37,809 nt of DNA, taken from a virus. Its lineage: Duplodnaviria > Heunggongvirae > Uroviricota > Caudoviricetes. Within the stretch, counting starts at the first letter, position 1, and the number at the start of each line of letters is the position of its first letter. The notes below the pieces were generated by a model that did no database searches, had not been told where the DNA came from, and saw only the letters and a list, made by a program, of their open reading frames with translations. Shown one piece after another: positions 1 to 5,923 of the stretch. The stretch lies in the IMG/VR virus record IMGVR_UViG_2657245124_000003; one strand, given 5' to 3'. The translations under genes were made by a program, and so were the position numbers.

Positions 1-266
1 ATATCGTTACTGCGGCGCAGTTCACGATTTTCACGCTCCAGCTCTTTCAGACGCTGACGTTCAGCGGTGGTGAGCCCACCATCACCGCCCCCGGTATCCC
101 GCTCATGCTGGCGAACCCAGACGCGCAGAGTCTCTGGCGTACAGCCAATCTTTGGAGCAATGGAACAAATTGCCGCCCATTGTGAGTCATATTCGCCCTG
201 ACTTTCCAGAACCATACGAACTGCCCGTTGACGGACTTCGGGGGAAAAACGAGTATTTTTAGTCAT
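1..266 (-). CDS. IS3-family transposase OrfA (partial, runs off window edge)
   Basis: ATG at 264-266 (minus); translation [89 protein letters not shown] matches IS629/IS3411-type OrfA from memory. Confidence 0.85.
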   Translation of the reverse strand, partial: MTKNTRFSPEVRQRAVRMVLESQGEYDSQWAAICSIAPKIGCTPETLRVWVRQHERDTGGGDGGLTTAERQRLKELERENRELRRSND

Positions 267-320
267 CCTGTTTACCTCTTTCTCAGGAAGTTTAGTCTCC
301 AGGATTCCCGGGGCGGTTCA
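1..320 (-). mobile_element. IS3-family insertion sequence (IS629/IS1203-like), terminal part; element continues beyond window start
   Basis: Reverse complement of 253-320 reads TGAACCGCCCCGGGAATCCTGGAGACTAAACTTCCTGAGAAAGAGGTAAACAGGATGACTAAAAATAC, which I recognise as the IS629-type terminal inverted repeat plus orfA start; the orfA product begins [32 protein letters not shown]... with the RELRRSNDI leucine-zipper region. Confidence 0.85.
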
Positions 321-651
321 TTCTTTCCCGATAAGTAGCAAACATATTTTTGTCAAACTGAGAAGCAAATGGATCTCCCAGCCTGGAACAAATCGCCTCA
401 AGTTTGACTTTGCGCTCTGCACCAGAGGACAAGGTTTTACCGTACATCTCAAACCAACGAGCAATCAACTCAGAAAGACGAGGACCAGAACCATCTTGAA
501 ACTCGTCTCCAACTCTACTATTCATTAAACGGCGCTCATAAGAGAGCGCCTCACTTTTTGTCGCAAACTGTTTACGTATGCGTTTTCCCGATGCCCCGTA
601 GGGATAACATTCGCAAAGCCATTTACCTGATGGAATCTTACGAACCGACAT
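321..651 (-). pseudogene. int: P2-type tyrosine integrase, N-terminal ~110 codons only, interrupted by the IS element
   Basis: ORF 292..651 starts MSVRKIPSGKWLCECYPYGASGKRIRKQFATKSEALSYERR..., resembling the P2 Int N-terminus (GKRIRRKFDKKSEA...RLSEL...); the reading frame runs into the IS terminal repeat at 320, so the last codons (NRPGNPGD) are IS-encoded. Confidence 0.75.
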
Positions 652-656
652 TTTAG

Positions 657-1004
657 TTACTTATCACATAAATCAAATGCAGCCTTAGTGACATCCCCCA
701 GACTCTTTTTTAACCCTGGGGCGGCATCATTATCTAGCCAAAATGGATTATTGTTATCTAACGGTAACGCACCAAATGTTTTACCTTTTATTCGAGCCAA
801 ACCTGTAAGTGCATATAACTTATTATCGTCAAAATTCATCACATAAGGATTACCATCAAGACACTGTAATTGAACCTCATCAGTATTAAATGGCCATACC
901 CCATTGAAACTCTCACGTTCAATAGTTTTAAAAGGCATTGCGAGGGCGGAAAAAGAAAACATAGATAAAAAAGTAACTAATAGTTGAACCTTTTTTACTT
1001 TCAT
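657..1004 (-). CDS. small secreted/periplasmic protein of unknown function (signal peptide, two Cys)
   Basis: 115 aa; N-terminus MKVKKVQLLVTFLSMFSFSALA is a typical Sec signal peptide; AT-rich codon usage unlike the phage core. Confidence 0.5.
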   Translation of the reverse strand: MKVKKVQLLVTFLSMFSFSALAMPFKTIERESFNGVWPFNTDEVQLQCLDGNPYVMNFDDNKLYALTGLARIKGKTFGALPLDNNNPFWLDNDAAPGLKKSLGDVTKAAFDLCDK

Positions 1005-1033
1005 ATCATTACCTCAATTTAGCTCAAGTAAGA

Positions 1034-1684
1034 TTACAAATTAAAAAACGCCCTAGAAATAACACCTCCTACCAAAACCCCTACGCAGATAAAGAATATT
1101 ATTTCTTTTGGATAAAGTCGGATTAATTCTGAAGCACGAAGTCGGACTTCTGGTAAGGTCGAACTCTCTGTGTGGCTTGATGCCGATTGTTGCTCTAACC
1201 ACGACAATGCAGACTGTAACTGAGAACGAGTAAGATCGTTTAAACGTCCTGTACCGAAATTGATATGGCAATACCGCAGAAGTTTTTGTCGAAGTCCACA
1301 GTCTTCACTGTTACGTAGTAATAAACTTACAAGAGCCTTACAGGCATCATGATCTTTACATCGCTCAAGCATTGCATGCAGAAAACTCTCCGCTGTTTTA
1401 TATTGATTTACTGTCATATCATCAATACCAGCTACACCAATCTCCGCATGTACTTTTTGCCAAATAATAAACGCTTCAGTATTGCTAGCTTCTGCAATAG
1501 CAGCAACCAAGCTATTTAGCTCCTTACGCTGAGCCTTAAGCAAAGGGCGATCGTCATCATCATTATTCGAAGGGATTGCGATATTGACGGTCTGAGAACC
1601 ATCATATCGCTCTATCTGAATATTCTTTTCGTGAAAATCACGCCCAGCAACGCGATTGTTTGAACCGTTTGAGTTGACGGCCAT
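1034..1684 (-). CDS. tail-anchored membrane protein of unknown function (candidate prophage exclusion/cargo protein)
   Basis: 216 aa; soluble N-terminal domain and a single C-terminal hydrophobic helix (IIFFICVGVLVGGVISRAFF); AT-rich; sits directly downstream of the repressor on the same strand. Confidence 0.5.
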   Translation of the reverse strand: MAVNSNGSNNRVAGRDFHEKNIQIERYDGSQTVNIAIPSNNDDDDRPLLKAQRKELNSLVAAIAEASNTEAFIIWQKVHAEIGVAGIDDMTVNQYKTAESFLHAMLERCKDHDACKALVSLLLRNSEDCGLRQKLLRYCHINFGTGRLNDLTRSQLQSALSWLEQQSASSHTESSTLPEVRLRASELIRLYPKEIIFFICVGVLVGGVISRAFFNL

Positions 1685-1699
1685 GTCACCTCCCTACTA

Positions 1700-2104
1700 T
1701 CACCTACCCTTAGTTTCGTTATAGTCACGACCAGCGATACGGTTTTTACCACCAGAAATATTTAACTCACGTCCTGATGGCTGAGTTTCCTTTTCACTGA
1801 TCGCACCTTTTAAAGCCCCAATCACCGCGTTTTTCACATCTAACGAAGCTGCTCGAAAGCGAGTAATCAACTCCTGCTCATCATCGTTATAAGTTTCAGG
1901 TGAGTGAATTCCCAACACAACATACTGAACATCAAGGCCAAAACGAGACAGCGCTGCCAAATACGCAGCATCAGGAAAGCTATCTCCTTTCTCATATCTA
2001 AGCTGAGTTAGCTTTTTGACTCCACCAATGTCGCTCATGGCAACTTGACTAAGTCCCAATCTTTCCCTTTCCTCACGCAACCGCTGACCAATATCATTTT
2101 TCAT
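1700..2104 (-). CDS. CI-type prophage repressor (XRE-family HTH)
   Basis: 134 aa; N-terminus IGQRLREERERLGLSQVAMSDIGGVKKLTQLRYEKG is a classic XRE helix-turn-helix; transcribed divergently from the early operon, as for P2 C / 186 cI. Confidence 0.7.
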   Translation of the reverse strand: MKNDIGQRLREERERLGLSQVAMSDIGGVKKLTQLRYEKGDSFPDAAYLAALSRFGLDVQYVVLGIHSPETYNDDEQELITRFRAASLDVKNAVIGALKGAISEKETQPSGRELNISGGKNRIAGRDYNETKGR

Positions 2105-2119
2105 ACAAAAACCTTGACA

Positions 2120-2137
2120 GGTATCTTTTTTGATACC
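2120..2137. promoter_or_regulatory. palindromic operator candidate in the repressor/early divergent promoter region
   Basis: ggtatc-tttttt-gatacc perfect inverted arms, immediately after a TTGACA hexamer at 2114-2119, in the 75-bp gap between repressor start and first early gene. Confidence 0.35.
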
Positions 2138-2179
2138 AAAATGATTTCACGAGCTATTAGATGATCACAATATACCACT

Positions 2180-2386
2180 ATGAAACAAGTTCTTCACGAT
2201 ACCAGATCACGCATTCCGCGTAACACCGCCACAGGTCCAAGACTGGCACTTCGGCTGTCCCTCGAGGAGCGAGCCGTCATTGATGAAATGGCAGCTAAAG
2301 AACAACGCTCATCCTCTAACATGGCGCGCATGATCTTCCTTCGCGGCCTAGAGCTAACCCAGAAAGAACAAAACAAATCTTCCTGA
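2180..2386 (+). CDS. small early regulatory protein (first gene of early operon; possible ribbon-helix-helix)
   Basis: 68 aa, position equivalent to cox/apl/cro; LSLEERAVIDEMAAKEQRSSSNMARMIFLRGLE resembles small RHH-type regulators. Function inferred from position only. Confidence 0.4.
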   Translation: MKQVLHDTRSRIPRNTATGPRLALRLSLEERAVIDEMAAKEQRSSSNMARMIFLRGLELTQKEQNKSS

Positions 2387-2402
2387 TCAGGAGGCTAGTG
2401 GG

Positions 2403-2606
2403 ATGTCAGGTATAACCATCAATATCAATGTGAATGCCCCCTATGTATCCCTGCAGAAATATGCAGAGATAACAGGTATCCCTCTTAATACATGCAAAAA
2501 GATGTTGGCTGACGGTCGAATTATTATCCGCCCCAAACGCGCCAAAATGGAAAAGCCTGAAGTAAACCTTGTGGCGATGTTAAAAGACGCTTTGGCTAAC
2601 AGCTAA
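2403..2606 (+). CDS. Cox/Apl-like small HTH protein (excisionase/early regulator candidate)
   Basis: 67 aa; YVSLQKYAEITGIPLNTCKKMLADGRI has the look of a Cox/Xis-type HTH. Confidence 0.4.
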   Translation: MSGITININVNAPYVSLQKYAEITGIPLNTCKKMLADGRIIIRPKRAKMEKPEVNLVAMLKDALANS

Positions 2607-2627
2607 AACAATGAACAGAGCACCATC

Positions 2628-2978
2628 ATGAAAAAAAACGCTAATAATCCATACTCCAAATTTCGTAATGGCGTAGAACGCCATGTACACCACGTCGCTA
2701 CCTGTGCATCACGTAGTAACAGTCGCTATAACCTGAACGAGACGCACGCAACACCGGATGGCCACGCTGTAAAACAAATCGGCGAGCATGCCTGGCTGAT
2801 TGAGAAAGCTGGAATCGTGGTCCACAAATGCCCACGCAATCCGTTTACCGGAAACCGCATTTTTGCATTGAACTGCGGCGACAATCACTTCGGGCAGGAT
2901 TTCACATTATACGAAGCACTTCGCACGGTTGATCGTCTGCTTCGCGGGCAAAGTTTTATTAAACAGGCTGATTTATAA
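2628..2978 (+). CDS. hypothetical early-region protein (His/Cys-rich)
   Basis: 116 aa ORF in the early operon; no confident family assignment. Confidence 0.4.
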   Translation: MKKNANNPYSKFRNGVERHVHHVATCASRSNSRYNLNETHATPDGHAVKQIGEHAWLIEKAGIVVHKCPRNPFTGNRIFALNCGDNHFGQDFTLYEALRTVDRLLRGQSFIKQADL

Positions 2979-2988
2979 CAGGTGCTTT

Positions 2989-3267
2989 ATGACCAAAGAG
3001 CATGCACAAGGTGTATTTATCCGTTTTATTGATTTTCGCGGTGAACTGTTATTACGCGCATCAGCCATTGACGGAGTTGTTCCATCCGAAAAAAACGCAG
3101 CTACTTACGTTTATCTGAACGGTACGCGCCTGACTGTGGAGCTTCCGTACCAGACCGTACGAGAAATCATTAGCGAAGCTGAAAAGGCACGTCAGGTTAA
3201 TGGCGATGAACCCTATATCGAAATTATTTGTATGGATTCAGAAGCTGAAATTCAGAAAGCAGATTAA
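2989..3267 (+). CDS. hypothetical early-region protein
   Basis: ORF 2929..3267; internal ATG at 2989 (MTKEHAQGVF...) avoids overlap with the upstream gene. Confidence 0.4.
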   Translation: MTKEHAQGVFIRFIDFRGELLLRASAIDGVVPSEKNAATYVYLNGTRLTVELPYQTVREIISEAEKARQVNGDEPYIEIICMDSEAEIQKAD

Positions 3268-3278
3268 AGGGCGTTGCG

Positions 3279-3521
3279 ATGGGCAAAGAATATAAAACTC
3301 TCATTAACAAAGCACTTGAACGATTTTATTTTCGCTTAAGTGCATCAGGCGCTCATGCTGAACATGCAGCCCGTGACTCATTGACCAGGGCAATCCGGAG
3401 TTTGTATGACGTTGCTTTTTACGCTGATGATCTGGATGCACTGAACGAACTTTCCGAGCTGATCTGTGCCGCAGAATGCGGGGAACACATTGAACCGTAT
3501 AAGCTGGGGAATATCGCATGA
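3279..3521 (+). CDS. hypothetical early-region protein
   Basis: 80 aa ORF, same strand and tightly packed with its neighbours. Confidence 0.4.
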   Translation: MGKEYKTLINKALERFYFRLSASGAHAEHAARDSLTRAIRSLYDVAFYADDLDALNELSELICAAECGEHIEPYKLGNIA

Positions 3522-3631
3522 GTATATTTATCTCATGGCTTGTTCTGATTATTTCGGTGGCCTGCGCCATTGGGATTATGCGAATTATTCATTCAGTAAA
3601 AAAGATTGAACGCTTTTTCACTGACAAATAA
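3518..3631 (+). CDS. small hydrophobic protein (37 aa), below the ORF-track size cut-off
   Basis: ATG at 3518 overlaps the upstream stop (gcATGA); translation MSIFISWLVLIISVACAIGIMRIIHSVKKIERFFTDK has one predicted TM helix. Confidence 0.3.
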   Translation: MSIFISWLVLIISVACAIGIMRIIHSVKKIERFFTDK

Positions 3632-3723
3632 TAGCTTAAACAAAACACCAGATTAAACCCGAAAACCTGAAAACTATCCGCATTCGCGGAGGTATTCGCA
3701 CACGTAAATAACGGAGATATAAA

Positions 3724-4140
3724 ATGAACGCAAAAGAAAAAAATATTATCAATACATTAAAAATAGTGTCAGCAGAGCAAGACAAGCTGTCCAGGGCAGC
3801 CCAGAAAGATAATCAACATATGGCAGCGCTTTACGCACTGACCATCGCAATAGCCACCTCTGAAGCAGCCAAAATTATTGAGGAACAGGGCAAAGAAATC
3901 GACACTCTTAAAACACAGTCAACAGTTGCAGCCATGAATCCGTCCAGCATTGGACGCCGCATTTACATTCTTGGTTCGGCAATAATGACGCAATACACCA
4001 TTATTGCCGAACTGCACGGCAACTACCTGATAACGCCTTACCACACAAAAGAGTCAGAGCTTCTGACAAATCTCCGCCTGATAGAACGATCTCAAGCTGT
4101 ATTCATTGATGACGCGCAACGTGCCGTATTTCACGCATAG
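3724..4140 (+). CDS. hypothetical early-region protein
   Basis: 138 aa ORF preceded by GGAGAT ribosome-binding site. Confidence 0.4.
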   Translation: MNAKEKNIINTLKIVSAEQDKLSRAAQKDNQHMAALYALTIAIATSEAAKIIEEQGKEIDTLKTQSTVAAMNPSSIGRRIYILGSAIMTQYTIIAELHGNYLITPYHTKESELLTNLRLIERSQAVFIDDAQRAVFHA

Positions 4141-4163
4141 GGTTACTGGACAAAGGGGGCGCA

Positions 4164-4367
4164 ATGGCAATTAAGCATTTTCCCATCATTCGCTTTACCT
4201 CCAGAGGGCGCGAATACGAGGTCGACGAACGCCTGATTACCACTATCGACAAACATCGTTCAGAAAAGGATGCACACCACATCTACCTCACTGACGGCAC
4301 TTACTTCTGCGCCACCAACGTGGCGCGGGTGAATCTTATCCGACAGGTACAGGAGCCACGCAAATGA
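4164..4367 (+). CDS. hypothetical early-region protein
   Basis: 67 aa ORF; stop overlaps the next start. Confidence 0.4.
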   Translation: MAIKHFPIIRFTSRGREYEVDERLITTIDKHRSEKDAHHIYLTDGTYFCATNVARVNLIRQVQEPRK

Positions 4368-4630
4368 CCATTCTGGACTACATCACTACACATCCGGGTT
4401 GTAGCGGCGGAGAAATCGCCGCAGCACTGAACACCCCAACCACAGCTATTAATGCTGAGTTACGCCGACTTTGGCGCAGCGGCTTAGTCATCAGAACAAA
4501 CCGCAGCACAGGTGGTCGCGCTCGCAAAACTGGAGGCCAGGCTTCTTACCACGTAAACCCGATGCCGTTCGGGTGTAGCAATCCACTTACTCACATGTTT
4601 AACCAGCTACTGAAGGAAGCCAGAACATGA
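4364..4630 (+). CDS. putative winged-helix DNA-binding protein
   Basis: 88 aa; ILDYITTHPGCSGGEIAAALNTPTTAINAELRRLWRSGLV looks like a winged-helix/MarR-type fold. Confidence 0.4.
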   Translation: MTILDYITTHPGCSGGEIAAALNTPTTAINAELRRLWRSGLVIRTNRSTGGRARKTGGQASYHVNPMPFGCSNPLTHMFNQLLKEART

Positions 4631-4926
4631 GCACCATCAACCACCAGAAGCTACGCGAACTGGCATTTGCCCTGCAACGAATGGCAACTCCTCAAAAATT
4701 ACTGGCATTTCGCGTAATGCTCTCGCCGTCTGCTGTGCTGGCACTGCTGGATCAGCTGGAGCACGCCAAAACCACGGCTCCTGCCATTCGCCTGACGCTC
4801 CATCATGAAATCGCTGATTTCTGCGCAACGCTGGGGGCACCTGGCGAACCGGAAACGCCGGAAGCAATGCAGCAAGAGCTGCTGCAACGCATTGACAAGG
4901 TTTTTGATTTTTTTCTGAACCAGTAA
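4627..4926 (+). CDS. hypothetical early-region protein
   Basis: 99 aa ORF, translationally coupled to the preceding gene. Confidence 0.4.
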   Translation: MSTINHQKLRELAFALQRMATPQKLLAFRVMLSPSAVLALLDQLEHAKTTAPAIRLTLHHEIADFCATLGAPGEPETPEAMQQELLQRIDKVFDFFLNQ

Positions 4927-4944
4927 GAAACCAGAACATGCACA

Positions 4945-5072
4945 CACAAAAAAACCGCTTGCCATGTCGCAATCAGTCAGGTTACATTTCCGCTGCACCT
5001 CACAAAACGGGTGTCGGGTTTCGCAGCCTGCTGACTACACAAGCGCACAACCGCGCCAGCGGTTTTTTTGTG
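4945..5072. repeat. 14-bp perfect inverted repeat pair bracketing a structured non-coding segment
   Basis: cacaaaaaaaccgc at 4945-4958 and its exact reverse complement gcggtttttttgtg at 5059-5072; the six-frame ORFs across 4938-5555 overlap in all frames and look spurious. Confidence 0.5.
5051..5070 (+). terminator. intrinsic terminator-like hairpin with T-run
   Basis: ccgc-gcca-gcgg stem-loop followed by seven T at 5063-5069, downstream of the 4627..4926 gene. Confidence 0.45.
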
Positions 5073-5248
5073 CGTACTGTATTGCCACGTTTTTTTCGCG
5101 TCAGAATTATGGCGGGGCGTACGGGGCCGACTTCGGTCGGGCCGGGTTCTTGTGTAGCCGGTACTGCGAACCTCGTACGTCTCGCCACCCACAGTTTCGC
5201 AGCTCTGGATGGTGAGTTTTCACAACTTACTACACAAGGGGCCACACC

Positions 5249-5479
5249 ATGGCAAACCGCAAACCACACCGCGCTATCGCGGAGCGTCGTCACATCCAGA
5301 CTGAAATCAACCGCAGACTTTCCCGCGCATCACGCGTCGCGCAAATCATGCACATCAATATGCTGCATGAGCGCAGCCACGCACTATCAAACATTTATTC
5401 CGCCTCTGTTTACAGCTATCTGGCGAATGATCTGCACGAGCTTCAACAGCTCATCCAGCAGCAAAACAAACACCATTAA
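5249..5479 (+). CDS. hypothetical small protein upstream of gpA
   Basis: 76 aa ORF; basic N-terminus. Confidence 0.35.
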   Translation: MANRKPHRAIAERRHIQTEINRRLSRASRVAQIMHINMLHERSHALSNIYSASVYSYLANDLHELQQLIQQQNKHH

Positions 5480-5551
5480 TTCCTGTTCCGGGCCTTTCCT
5501 GCACCTTGCGGCGGGAGGCCTTCGCACATCTGTAACAAGAGGATTGCCGCA

Positions 5552-5917
5552 ATGATTCTCGCCAACGACTTTCTTGAATACCTGCTCAACACAGAACGTG
5601 ATCTTGCCGCTCGCGTGCGTGATCGTTATGACATGTACCTGAAATCCCTGCCTGTACCGCAACTCGCTGACGGAAAAATTGTTATTGATGGTCGCTACAT
5701 GATCGACAGCCACGAGGGAAATTACAGGCTTTACCGCATTGAAGGTGGCACCCCGTCCGTTATTGGCATTTACCAGCGCCCATCCTCTGCAATCGTCGAT
5801 GTGATTGCCGACAGCATCCGCATCACACATCGCCATGCCGACACAGAAGACACCGTGCTGGAAATTCAGCGGCTGGCTACCGTCTGCCGCGACACCCTGA
5901 ATGGCATGACGAAGTAA
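5552..5917 (+). CDS. hypothetical protein upstream of gpA
   Basis: 121 aa ORF immediately preceding the replication gene. Confidence 0.45.
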   Translation: MILANDFLEYLLNTERDLAARVRDRYDMYLKSLPVPQLADGKIVIDGRYMIDSHEGNYRLYRIEGGTPSVIGIYQRPSSAIVDVIADSIRITHRHADTEDTVLEIQRLATVCRDTLNGMTK

Positions 5918-5923
5918 ATCACT

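Noticed and set aside
4945-5072. Retron msr/msd (inverted repeats resembling a1/a2 repeats, in a P2-like prophage as for retron Ec67)
   Set aside because: No reverse transcriptase gene (no RT motifs in any ORF) anywhere nearby; kept only as a structured non-coding region.
4938-5555. 205-aa ORF and other overlapping ORFs (4964..5215, 4977..5192 minus, 5000..5293 minus)
   Set aside because: Mutually overlapping frames on both strands over a hairpin-rich segment with low-complexity translations; no coherent gene. The 5387..6460 minus-strand ORF is antisense to gpA and also rejected.
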